Below are positions 9,850-20,380 of a DNA stretch of 64,000 nucleotides, piece after piece; positions within the stretch are counted from its first letter, which is position 1; the number at the start of each line of letters is the position of its first letter. A model generated the notes under the pieces. That model saw nothing but the letters and a program-made list of their open reading frames with translations. It was not told where the DNA came from and did no database searches. The position numbers and the translations under genes were made by a program. Source of the stretch: Psammoneis japonica (lineage: Eukaryota); the NCBI GenBank assembly GCA_008632985.1, contig QPGO01000049.1:248001-312000 (forward strand), read 5' to 3'.

Positions 9850-12300
9850 ACATTCGACTTGGGGTCTTTGTGCTTGAGCTTCAGGTCACACACGTTCTTC
9901 TTTCTCTTTCACCTGTGGTGTGTTCATGTGGCTTTTTCAATTGTCCAAAAATTTTCCTCCCAATCACATCCATGTCAATGGACAATGCTGTGTGCTGGCA
10001 GCACAAATGTGAGGACCAGATTGGATCATTGTTGTGAAGTGACTTTTCAAAGACAAGGGACCATTTGAGGTGAATTCCTGATTCAATCATGGTGGTCATT
10101 TTGCAGAATGTTTGCTGCAATTGAGCAGAATGGCACAAATTCTAGGGCCCATGCTGTTTGACTCTGCTAAGACAAAACAGTCTGTTTTTGTGGCAGTGCT
10201 TTTGCTTTGACAGTGCAATCTGCCAACATCTGCACTGCATTGTGTGAACAAAAATTGTTGAATGCATTGACAAGGATCATGTTCTGCTGCGTGCAGCATT
10301 CTCAATTCTGATGTATGACAAGCAGCATCAACAATGGAGTGCAACTTGTTCGATGTCAAAAAACCAGTTGCAACCGTTGAGCTGCCTGGGGAAACACAGT
10401 CTTAATCTAAATGAAACCAACACACAGTTCACATCTGCAGTTGTTGTTCCTCCATTCTTGCCACCATGCTTTGCAAACAAACAATGAAAACTGCAAACCA
10501 GCCAATTGGAGTGCCTTTGACAGCAAATCCATGTGACATTTTTCTCCATTTGGAAATCCAAATTCAACCTGTTTGTTGTGTTGCAAAGCTGCACTGTTGA
10601 ACATGCATTTTGCTGGCAGAGTCTCCATCAAGACAAATTCTCACAATGCAAGCAGGGGTCTCTCAACATTGAACAACAGTTTTCATGAATTTGCAACATG
10701 TTTTTGTGCCATCCATTCAACAACAGTTTGCGCGGCATTTCCAATTTGATTGGCAAAAAAATTGCAGCAAGGGCAAAATTCCAAGAAACATCTTTGAATT
10801 GATTGAGAACCAAGAGAGGTCAATTGATTTCTCCCATGATCACGCATTTGTTTGCAGTGCTCCTGAACACATCGCAGACAACAACTCCAATCATCTTGCC
10901 AAATTGACAATGGCGTGGCTCTGTCCACTGCTGCTCTTGCAACTGACAACATTGTGGAATCTTTGTTGCTTGCCAGTGCCACCAAAACTGACCAACATGT
11001 TTTCATGACACATGCCCAGGTGACAAGCACTGATGTCCTTTGCTTTCTCAACTCCATTGTGGCATGGCAAGAAGCAGCATCAATTGTGATTTCAAACTTG
11101 CTTGTTTGAGAACCTGAACAAAAATTGCTGCTGCTCAACTTCTGCAGAACATGTCATCCATCCAAACGAACACAATGCACAAATGCCAGTTGTCATTTCT
11201 GTGCTGCCCCATTCAAACCATGCCCCACAACAAACCAGCAGCCATCACAGATGTTTGTTGGCTGGCCTGGAAGGCAGCAATCTCAATTCCCGAAGAAGAA
11301 ACAGCAGTCTTCATGTGATGCATGGGACTGCCATGATTAAAAATGGGCCTGTTGAGTCATGATGAGACACAGCAACACTGTGACACACAGAAGCTGATCC
11401 ATGCCACATGCATGGGCCATAGAAACAATCAAAGCTGCTTGCAAATTTCCAAAAACTCATTGGCAAATGCCTTTGGTGGGCCCACAAAAATGTTGCAAAA
11501 TCAGATGATTTTCTTCTGCTCCTGTTGAATCCAGCTCCTGGTCATCAAATGAGGAAAGCATGATGACAATGTGTTCGCAGCAATCAAGAGGCAGAGGGGC
11601 CACACCTGTTGATGTTGCAGCATTGCTTGCACACCATGTGCTGGTCAAACCTCCCAGCCACCACAGTTGCGCCAAACCAGAAGAGAAAAGCATCCAGCAA
11701 AACTTGTCCTCAAGGAGCAACTGAGGGTTTTGTGCCTCCACATCAGGCCCTTTCAGCCATGGTCAATTTTTGTCCATGGCTCAGCAGCTTCACAGTCTTG
11801 GTTTTGATCAAATGCCAGTTGCTGTGATCCAAGTGACCAAACACAAGGTTGTGGGGAGTTTTTTCAATGTTTGCTTTGGAAAACACTTTTTTTGCTGCAC
11901 CAGGTGCAAGTCTTCTTCTTGCCATGATGTTGTGAAAAAAATTCTCAGCATGCTGCTGTTGTGAAGGGCCATTTTTTTGAAGCTCCACAAACACCTGGAA
12001 GATGCCGTGATTGTGCACGAAATGTGCCAGGACAGACGTTTCAATTTGTCACATGTGTTCAGATTTGCAACTCATTTGTTGATGAAATGACATTTGCCAG
12101 CTAAACTCATTTCGATCGCCAACCCCACTCATTTTGATCGCCAACAATTGGCGACACTTTTGAGCAGCATTTGAGCACTTTTGAGCACTCGTGAGCATGC
12201 TTGAGCAATTTGAGCACATCACATTTGAGCACGTCCATTTGAGCACACAATCCAAAAAGTGATCAACTCATGTGAGCCAAGCAGCATGAAAAGTGAGTCA
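9850..12300. mobile_element. Heavily degenerate unclassified repeat or transposon remnant
   Basis: TpA- and CpG-depleted, only broken frames, ends in an array of short repeats typical of transposon subtermini. Family not recognised. Confidence 0.35.
12106..12247 (+). repeat. Short-repeat array: 2x actcatttYgatcgccaac then 8x TGAGCA
   Basis: TGAGCA at 12161, 12172, 12182, 12192, 12202, 12211, 12226 and 12240. Confidence 0.85.
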
Positions 12301-12767
12301 TTGCATCGGCACCAGTGGATTGATTCAAACCAAAGATGAAACATGTCATTTTAATTTTGCACTGCTCAGTGGCGAGATGCGCTTGGCCTCCTCTCTCCTC
12401 CTGCCCCCACCCACTTTTCATCAATGCGTCGGAGACAGTCACTTGTGCTGCTTCCTCTTCTTTCGGTGTTGTGTTGGCATTTAGAGCAGACCATGTTTTC
12501 CATCACTGATTTGTTCCATTGAGACACTTTCAGCAGGTGGCAGGTTCTTCTTCTCAAAAAAAAAAGAAAAGACTGAAGTCAAGTGTCATGAAGAACACCT
12601 GCCAACATGCACAAATGAGAACAAAAGGGAACACAAAAACTTTTCTTGGTTTTTTCCAGCACTGCACCAGGTTGCCCCCAGAGGTGCACAAATCATCTGT
12701 TGTCGTTCGCACATGCATTCGCACACTCAGCGTGCGCACGAACAGACGATTCACGCACCTCTGGTTG

Positions 12768-12812
12768 CCCCCCCCCCCCCCCCACACCCACACACACACA
12801 CACACACACACA
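12768..12812. repeat. Poly-C followed by (CA)n microsatellite
   Basis: Read directly. Confidence 0.85.
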
Positions 12813-13127
12813 CCACCACCAATTTTTTCAAGACTTTCTTTTGCACTCCAAGCTGCTGGCAAAAGCTGAAAAATTAAGTTCTCATCTGAGCACAACAACA
12901 GAGCTGGACTCTGTCATGCCACAACTCAAAAATGGTGCCCTTGTTGTTTCTTGAGCTGGGTTTTTTGGTTTGTTTTAGGGTTGATGTTTCCTTGCCTCTG
13001 GGGGGGAGACACTGCAATCCCTCCTCAAGTGGCTGATGCAACTTTGCACTCAAATGCTTGGTTCTTGGATTGCACCTTTTTGTCATGGTTGCACTGGTGT
13101 GTCAAGGTGACTTTCTGTTCCAGAGAG
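12810..13127 (-). repeat. Inverted partner of the 1685-2000 repeat
   Basis: Reverse-complement match by eye. Confidence 0.85.
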
Positions 13128-13837
13128 AACAACAACTTTTTGTTTTGCCATCTCATGCACACAGAGTGCACAGTCACAAGAACAGGCAAAACAAAGTTGC
13201 TGTTGACAAAGTGGAGACAAGTGCAAGCCCAGCAAAAGACTCTGTGTGCAATTTTGTGCAAACACAATTGACAGCCACAGATGATGCAGCAAGTGCAGAG
13301 CAACAAAATGATGTTCCTGATGGCTCACAATGACAACCTTGCATTGAAAAGATGCTCTGACAGGTGCGCCCAGACTGCGCAGCTGAGATTGAGAAGCTCT
13401 TGTCAAAAAAATGCTTGCAGCTGACATGCTCCACATTTTGGCTGCAGGACAGAAGGAGGTTCTTGACCACTGATCAATGATGTGGTCATCATTTGTCGTT
13501 GTTGCTTTTTGTTTTGGTGGTCAAACAATGAGATTGCTGGGATGTCGATGGTCGAATGGATCAAATCTGGTGAGCCACCTTGGTGGTGTCGACACACAAG
13601 ATTGTGAACTTTTCTTTTGTGCATTGAAATGAAGTCTTGCACACCTCTCACACTTCATTTGCCTCTGCCATGTCTCCCACAATGTTGCCAACAGCTTGTT
13701 TGCCCACAGGGTGTGGCCAGAAGCTGTGCACATCAATTGAAGCTGCTTGTCCCGCCCAAGCCAGCTTCACAACTCTTCTTCCACAGTTGTGATGAGGAGC
13801 ACTTGGCTGTTGTTTGCTGCTCCATTGCAGGCTTTGT

Positions 13838-16800
13838 TCATCTTGGGACAAGGGGGGCTGCAGAATTTTGCATGTGAAGAAAAGTCAGAGTGTCAGCTGC
13901 CAACTGTGTTTTTTTAAAATAGAAGATTAAGGAAGCCCATGCAGAGCGGAAGGCAACAGCAGAGGGAGGCACGGAGGCAGCTGTAGAGACGGTGGAGTAA
14001 AAGGGTCGAAGGACACAAGACGAAGGGCGTTTTGTGGAAGGCATGGGTGAGGAGGGGGCAGGGAGAGAGGAGGTGAATCGGAGGATGTGCGTAGAAAGGT
14101 GAAGAACAACGTTGTAGCCAAGAGTTTGGGTGGCCCACTGGGATGGGGTGGCTGTGCGGCAGGTGCTTCCAAAGCGATCGGCGGACAGGCGACGCCATGC
14201 GGAGTCAGCAGAGGGAAGGATTGCAGACGGAGACGACAAAGCGTAGAGGAAGGCGGAGCAGGAGGCATCGGAGTGACGAAGGTCAGAGGAAGAGGACCAG
14301 GGTGGCTTGGGCTGAGAGCAGACGGAGGGGGATGTAGAACCAAAGAGCAAGCGGTGGGCAAAGCAGCCGAGACCACCAAGGTGATCTACAGTGAAGGGGA
14401 GCAGGAAGATGCCATTGTTGTCAAGCGAAGAAACAACAAGGGATCCATCGGCAGAGGAAGCAGAGGGGCCAAGAAACTTCAATCTCACGCTCGAGTGGTG
14501 TGCCTCAGTTAAGACAGGAGAAGAGGGGGCAGGCAGACCTGGAGGAGGGCGAGAGGAAGCTTGAGGGACGGTGACGTCCACTGCAATGTAGTGATGGTGG
14601 AAGGGAGCGGAAAGGGAGGCGGGAGGGGGGATTGAAATGCCGACATCGGCGGGAAGGAGAAGCGGGCGGGTGGGGAGCAGGTTGGTGGGTTCAAGATGAA
14701 CGTCATTGGGGGATCGACAGAACTCTGCAAGAGGACCCAAAGTTTGGGCTAGGATGAAAACAGTGTCACGGAGACCATTGGAAAGCTTGGACTTGTGAGC
14801 ACGGCGGCAAGAAAAGGCATGATCACCACAGGCATCCAGAATGGCATGGCCACAGGGACAGGGAGTGTTGACAAGGGACGGAGGAAGGATGGGGAGACGA
14901 AGCTTACGAAGGGCAGCAACAGCGTAGGCGTCCGAAGAAAGGCGGGAGCTTGGAAAGCAACAAGAGAAGGAATGAAGAGGGAGGCTTGTAAGCGGAGACA
15001 GCAATGAAGGGAGTGAAGATTGCACGTCGTAAGATGAGTTAGCAAGGATGGAGGTCACTGCTTGTTGCTGATGTTCATGGTAGAGATGACGGGCCAGGCC
15101 GGGGAGAGTGGCCGATTTAACCAGGGTGGCCAAGGAAGAAGAGGAAAGGGTAGAGGCGGAAGCCAGAACGGGAGCATGACGGCGGAAGAGCGCATGGAGT
15201 CGCAGGGAAGAGCGAGGGTTGGACCAGGAAGACAGGGAGAGCCGAAAGCAGCGCGGAAGGGAAACAGAAGCGCCAGATGGTGGGCTGACACCGTGCGAAG
15301 CAAAGCGGAACGAGCGGAGAAGCGACACCAAGAAGGAAGGAATGGCGGCAGCTGTTGGGTCCCGGAGACCAAACCCGCCCAAGGAGGCAGGAAGGAAGGC
15401 GATGGCAATAGAATGGTCGGGAAAAGGAGCGGCGAAGGAAGTGACGTAGTGTAGAAAGCGGTGAGTAACGGTGAGGAGGAAATCTTGAAACGGAGAGGTC
15501 CAGAGAAAGGGGTCGGGAGGATTGTCGGGGTCGAAGTTGCAGCAGAAGTCAGCTCCAAGGAGGTGAGCAGAGGATGGAACAAAACAGTGCTTGAAGAGTT
15601 GAGCCTGGGTTTGTTTGTCATGGAGACGGGTGAGAAGCACATCAACTTTGTCGGAGAGAGCAGAGGAAGTGTCGGAAAGGAAAGAGGTGGCGAAGTCGTG
15701 GGAGCCGAGGGGCTGTCCAAGGAAGCGAACACCAGAGGTGAGTTCGGGGTTGTAAGAGGGGTCATTGGTGGGGTTTAAGAAGGAAAGTGCAGCACGGAGA
15801 GAATCGGCGCGGGAAGGGGGAAGAGCAGGGATGGGGCTAACACCGGCAATGGAGGTGAGGATCTTGGTTTTACGGAGGTTGAGGGAGATTCTGCAGGGGG
15901 CACCGAGGGCGGAGAAGCGTTCAAGGAACCATGGGAGTACGGGATGGGGAAGGAAAGCGTGAGCATCGTCAATGTAGGAGCCAACTGAGACAGAGGAACG
16001 GCCAGGGATGCGTTCTTGAAGCTCTTGGTTGATCGGACGAAGAACCAGAGAGAGGACCAGGCTGGTGAAGACAGGGCCGAGAGGGCATCCTTGGGCAAAT
16101 CCCTCTTCTTGAAGAAAGGAGCCCCAGGAAGAATTGGGTCGGCGACACCAACATGCATTGGAACTTTGACGTGGAAGGTCAAAAAAAGGAAGCAGAGGAT
16201 GGAAGGCAGGGGTGGAGGTGAGAACGTGTCGACAGGCATCTCGGGATGCTTCGTTGAACATGTTGACGAGGTCAAGAAGAAGAAGAGCCTTGGTAGAGTC
16301 GGCAGAAGAAAGACATCGTTCAATGTTGGCAAGAGCAGAGTGAATGAGATGATCGAGGCCACCTTTGACACCAATGCCAAATTGGCCATCTGGGAGGAGG
16401 CATTCGGTAAATGCAGAACCAAAGAGAGTCATGACGACAGAGCCGGCAATGCGACGAAGAGCAGTGCCGACGCCAATGGGGCGAAGCTTGTTGAGGTCGC
16501 TGGCATCTTTGTGCAGAGCGACAAAGCAGTTCGAAGCAAATGAGGAATGGACGGAGGAAGGAATGGAGCCATGGAGCAGAAGAAGGACAAGCTCACGAAA
16601 GGATGACAAGTGGGGGCATTGAGCAACACCTGTTGGGGTTTTGGTAGAATGGAGGGCGCAGGACTTGAAAAGGTCGGTAGAATCAGCAAAGACACCGGCA
16701 GCAGTCCCAGGCTTGCATTTGGAGAGAGCAGAAAGAAGAGCATCGGAGGAGAGCTCAACAGGCTCATTATGAAGGGAGGAGGCCGAGCGAGTTGAAGGAG

Positions 16801-17668
16801 GATTGGGCAGGTCGGAGGGGTGCAGGCGAGGAGGGTAGAGCTTGAGGATGGCAGGAAGGCGCTCAGGAGTGACGGCAGCAACAGGAAGCGCAGAGGTGAG
16901 CTTGGAGCAGGCCGAGTGAAAGTCATCTTCGTCGGCGCAGACTTGAGCGGAGTGGCAACAGGTGGAAGCAGAAAAGTCGGGGGAAGATGAGGAGAGGCGT
17001 GGCGTGTGGGAGTGGGCTTCGTGGCAGAGTTGGCGAATGCAGCCACGGCGGAAGAGGGACAAGCGGGAGGCAATGGTGGGGCCAAACTTGGAGCGTGGCG
17101 GGACAGGAGCAAGAATGAGAGCTTCAAAGAGTAAGAGCAGCTTCCAGAAGGGAGCAGAGTCACGTTGCCACGTAGGAATGAGGTGGGAGGGGTCAGAGAG
17201 AGGCTGGGAGGCGGCTGGCACCCAGCTTGTCACATGATGAAGAGCAGAGTAGAGTTCCTTGCGGGCGGAGGACGAGAGCTTGCGGCGGCAGGAAGCTCGG
17301 AAAGGCGGAGGCTCGAGTGCAAGAGCATGGAGCCATTGCAGCGAGGGGCCCCAGTCACCTAGATTGTGGAAGGATGAGAGAACAATGTCAGTGTCAAGGG
17401 AAGAGCGAGGAGCGAAGTGCTTGTTCTGCAAGTGATTGCGAAGGTGGGTGGTAGACAGGTGGGTGCATTGGCTGTGATTGCAATGCCTGCAGACATGCAA
17501 ACCAGCGGCATCGAAGAAGGATGCAGGCACATGAGAAAGCGAGAGGCGGGGATGCTCCTGGCGAAGATGGCTGCGCACAGAAGTGGGGAGGGATGATGCA
17601 TCAATGGAAGGAGGGGACCAGGAGCAGAAGGGGCAAGTTGGTGGGGCACGGGCTTCGGTGGGTTCCAC
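13838..17668 (-). CDS. Reverse transcriptase / RLE endonuclease ORF of the CRE-like element, partly mutated (frame reads through the element end)
   Basis: N-terminal C2H2-like fingers, KLRPIGVGTALRR, LDLVNMFN, GFAQGCPLGP, YIDD, GGFGL, CPCG...DACGDHAFSC knuckle, PADV...AVDVTV nuclease motif. Confidence 0.9.
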   Translation of the reverse strand: MEPTEARAPPTCPFCSWSPPSIDASSLPTSVRSHLRQEHPRLSLSHVPASFFDAAGLHVCRHCNHSQCTHLSTTHLRNHLQNKHFAPRSSLDTDIVLSSFHNLGDWGPSLQWLHALALEPPPFRASCRRKLSSSARKELYSALHHVTSWVPAASQPLSDPSHLIPTWQRDSAPFWKLLLLFEALILAPVPPRSKFGPTIASRLSLFRRGCIRQLCHEAHSHTPRLSSSSPDFSASTCCHSAQVCADEDDFHSACSKLTSALPVAAVTPERLPAILKLYPPRLHPSDLPNPPSTRSASSLHNEPVELSSDALLSALSKCKPGTAAGVFADSTDLFKSCALHSTKTPTGVAQCPHLSSFRELVLLLLHGSIPSSVHSSFASNCFVALHKDASDLNKLRPIGVGTALRRIAGSVVMTLFGSAFTECLLPDGQFGIGVKGGLDHLIHSALANIERCLSSADSTKALLLLDLVNMFNEASRDACRHVLTSTPAFHPLLPFFDLPRQSSNACWCRRPNSSWGSFLQEEGFAQGCPLGPVFTSLVLSLVLRPINQELQERIPGRSSVSVGSYIDDAHAFLPHPVLPWFLERFSALGAPCRISLNLRKTKILTSIAGVSPIPALPPSRADSLRAALSFLNPTNDPSYNPELTSGVRFLGQPLGSHDFATSFLSDTSSALSDKVDVLLTRLHDKQTQAQLFKHCFVPSSAHLLGADFCCNFDPDNPPDPFLWTSPFQDFLLTVTHRFLHYVTSFAAPFPDHSIAIAFLPASLGGFGLRDPTAAAIPSFLVSLLRSFRFASHGVSPPSGASVSLPRCFRLSLSSWSNPRSSLRLHALFRRHAPVLASASTLSSSSLATLVKSATLPGLARHLYHEHQQQAVTSILANSSYDVQSSLPSLLSPLTSLPLHSFSCCFPSSRLSSDAYAVAALRKLRLPILPPSLVNTPCPCGHAILDACGDHAFSCRRAHKSKLSNGLRDTVFILAQTLGPLAEFCRSPNDVHLEPTNLLPTRPLLLPADVGISIPPPASLSAPFHHHYIAVDVTVPQASSRPPPGLPAPSSPVLTEAHHSSVRLKFLGPSASSADGSLVVSSLDNNGIFLLPFTVDHLGGLGCFAHRLLFGSTSPSVCSQPKPPWSSSSDLRHSDASCSAFLYALSSPSAILPSADSAWRRLSADRFGSTCRTATPSQWATQTLGYNVVLHLSTHILRFTSSLPAPSSPMPSTKRPSSCVLRPFYSTVSTAASVPPSAVAFRSAWASLIFYFKKTQLAADTLTFLHMQNSAAPLVPR

Positions 17669-20219
17669 GAGGCGATGAGATCGCGGAGGGAGTCAATGTC
17701 AGGGGCTGCAGCCCGGATGGCTTCTTCGTAGAAAGGTTGCCAGGTGGAAAGGTGGGCCGGGCAGCAAGCACCCACGAAGGCATCAAGGACATCCAAGAGT
17801 TCCATCTCGCGCTGGGACTGCTGGGGAGAAACCGAGTCATCAGATTCGGTCTGCACAATTGCATCGGGAGTGGTGGGGGGCGGAGAGGTCTGCAAAACTA
17901 CGGCAGGAACAGCGGGGGGCGGAGAGAGAGTGTCGGGAGAAGAGTGGGGACGTTTGGAGGGAGGAGGCTCGGTGGTGAGGGAGCGGGCTTAGGGAGGATG
18001 GGAGGAAGGAGATGCAGTGGCAGGGAGCGGATCTTGGGGCTTGGGGAGCTGCCAGTCTTGAGCAAGCAGCTCAAGGGCACGACACGAGAAAGAATCTCGA
18101 GAGGGAGCGGGCGGCTGAAGAGCAGCAGAGGCGCAGGATGGGGAAGTCATGCTGTCGTCATGGGTAGATTCCGCCACAGAGGTGAGGAGATCCAAGGGAA
18201 AGCCGGGGTGGTTGTGTGGGTTGGCATCCACAAGAGCAATTGTGCACGGAGACGGGAAAAAGAGCAGCTTGTGCTTGATTGGGAGGGAGTCATGAGCAGA
18301 GAAGATGGGGATGAGGGAGCGAAGATTGGTTGCAGCAAGGAGACGACTGATGCCAGGTTGGGTGAGAGGAAGAAGAAGACGGTCAGAGACAACCACTTTC
18401 ATGTTGCTCTGACGCGAAATGAGCTCGGAGAGGGCGTTATAGGTGGAAGCAAAGTTGGCCGGGGCTGGGAAGGGAATGATGGCAGCAGAGGTCCCCAGGA
18501 TGGAGAAGGAGGCAGGTGGTGCATTGGATGGATTAGTGACATGAAGTGGGGTGTTCCAGACGGCATCGGAGGCAGTGGAAATGTAAAAAACCGGAAGAGA
18601 GCGGCGTCGCGCCTGGGCCGAGTTAGCAGGGTGTTGTGAAGGACGAATTCCAACGAGATCAAGAAAGGTGGGATGGTCTCGGAAGGATTGAAGGATGGGA
18701 TTGGTTGTAGTGCTGGAGATCTTGCCAACAAGGAAGGAACAAAGGCGTGATGGAAGAAACTCAGAAGCACGTCGAGAAGAACCGCAGAGGGTTGGAGAGG
18801 GGCCAGCAAGGACACCATGAGCCTTTTCTTCGAAAGAGTTGCAGGCCGGGATCACAAAGGTGCAGTGCCGAGCCCAAGGATCATCCACAGCCGAAACCGG
18901 AGAGAAGTCAGGGTGGAGAAAATTGGAAGGGGAGCTGGCGGAGCGGAAGGGGGTGAAGTGCGACGCAGGGTGCAGATGCCATTTCTGAAGGAGAAAAGAG
19001 AGCGCTTGGCTGCGGAAGGATTCGAAGGAAAAGGTGGTGCCGTCGGGGGTCACCGGGTGAAGAGCAACGTGAAAGTAGGACGCCCACTGATTCTGGTGAG
19101 GACAGGAGCGCTTCTTGGTTTCGGCAAGCGTCACAGAGCCAAGAGTGAGGAGGAGCGGAGAGACGCGCCGGCCATGATGCTCTGGCGTCTTGAGAATGAT
19201 GTCACGAATGACATCAGACGTGAGAGCAATGGCAGGCACGTCAGGCAGGTCAGCAGGATGAAGGACCTGAGCTAAAAGCTTAACATCAGCAGGAGGAGCG
19301 GAGGCGAGAGTAGACATGATCAAGCGAGAAGAGAAAGTTGCAGAGAGTCGTTGTTGTGTGCGGATCGCCAAAAACAGCGACAAGGTCACAGAACGTGTAG
19401 AAAGATAGGAGGAGGGAAGGTGAGGGCATGACGTGGGCAATCGTACACGAATGATCGTAGAGGATGCATAGAAACATAGGGAGGAAGGCACAAGCAGAAG
19501 CGCGAAGGGAGTCATGGAAGAGAAAGGGGCAGTAGAGAGGGCCGAAGGGTAGGGGAAGCTGTAGAGGAGTACGGAAGCAATCGTGTTCGAAGGGGCGTAG
19601 AAAGGCATGTGGAACGATAGGAGAGGAGTCATAACTAAAGGCGCGAAGGGAGTCATGGGAGGAAGGGGGGCAATTGAAGGGGTTGCTGGAGGAGGAAATG
19701 GGGAAGAGGTCAGGGGGCAGAGAGGGGCCATAGGGAAAAGAAACGAACAAGGCAGAGAAGGAGAGAGGGCATAAGGAAGAGCAGAAAGGGAAATGGCAGG
19801 GGGCAGTTGTTGGGATGAAGAAAGGGAGTGAGGAAAAGTGAAAGGGCAATGGAATGAGCAGTTGGAAGGGCAATTGGCAATCGTGGAAACTGGGGGCCAG
19901 TAGAAGGGGCGTAGAAATGTACAGGCGAAAGGAGCGAAGGGAGTGACCGAAAGGGAATGAAGAAAGGAGACGATGGCAAAGGCAAGAACGGTAGGGAAAA
20001 GGATCCGCAAAAAGAAGGATGGCCATGGCGGAGGGTCGGGAGGCCACTTCGGGAGGTGTAGCAAAGAGCTACTGCATCCATCATGGGATGCCATCGTCAT
20101 ACGAATTACCATTGTCGTCATCTTGATTTTGGCGGCATTGCTCGGCGCTTTGACTCGCATGGGCTTTTTCATTCATGTGTCGGTCGGTCGGTCCGTCCGT
20201 CAATCAATCCTTCTCGTAG
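13909..20219 (-). mobile_element. Apparently full-length CRE-clade non-LTR retrotransposon (RT plus restriction-like endonuclease)
   Basis: Short A7 tail on the minus strand (T run 13909-13915); candidate 7-bp target-site duplication AACTGTG (13902-13908) / AACTGTA (20220-20226); upstream ORF 17989-20172 plus RT ORF. Confidence 0.85.
17989..20172 (-). CDS. Upstream ORF (ORF1-like) of the CRE-like element; true start uncertain
   Basis: 727-aa open frame inside the element with the same strand bias. The N-terminal third is low complexity and may be 5' UTR. Confidence 0.5.
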   Translation of the reverse strand: MKKPMRVKAPSNAAKIKMTTMVIRMTMASHDGCSSSLLHLPKWPPDPPPWPSFFLRILFPTVLAFAIVSFLHSLSVTPFAPFACTFLRPFYWPPVSTIANCPSNCSFHCPFTFPHSLSSSQQLPPAISLSALPYALSPSLPCSFLFPMAPLCPLTSSPFPPPATPSIAPLPPMTPFAPLVMTPLLSFHMPFYAPSNTIASVLLYSFPYPSALSTAPFSSMTPFALLLVPSSLCFYASSTIIRVRLPTSCPHLPSSYLSTRSVTLSLFLAIRTQQRLSATFSSRLIMSTLASAPPADVKLLAQVLHPADLPDVPAIALTSDVIRDIILKTPEHHGRRVSPLLLTLGSVTLAETKKRSCPHQNQWASYFHVALHPVTPDGTTFSFESFRSQALSFLLQKWHLHPASHFTPFRSASSPSNFLHPDFSPVSAVDDPWARHCTFVIPACNSFEEKAHGVLAGPSPTLCGSSRRASEFLPSRLCSFLVGKISSTTTNPILQSFRDHPTFLDLVGIRPSQHPANSAQARRRSLPVFYISTASDAVWNTPLHVTNPSNAPPASFSILGTSAAIIPFPAPANFASTYNALSELISRQSNMKVVVSDRLLLPLTQPGISRLLAATNLRSLIPIFSAHDSLPIKHKLLFFPSPCTIALVDANPHNHPGFPLDLLTSVAESTHDDSMTSPSCASAALQPPAPSRDSFSCRALELLAQDWQLPKPQDPLPATASPSSHPP

Positions 20220-20380
20220 AACTGTAGAGGGTAGCGAGAGCAGTTTGCCCCCTGTCAAGATCACAAAGACCAAAATCCACCCTCATAGGGACGCCGAGAC
20301 AAGATTGATGAGTCGTCGTCTCCCGCCTAATTGGTACCGTTTGGTGTCTCACTATACAGTTATCAAAAATTTTCTAAAAC

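Noticed and set aside
12106..12247. CRISPR-like array
   Set aside because: Repeats are 6-19 bp without unique spacers of regular length; no cas genes; eukaryotic context.
17521..18639. 372-aa Gly/Arg-rich plus-strand ORF
   Set aside because: Antisense to the pyrimidine-rich coding strand of the CRE element.
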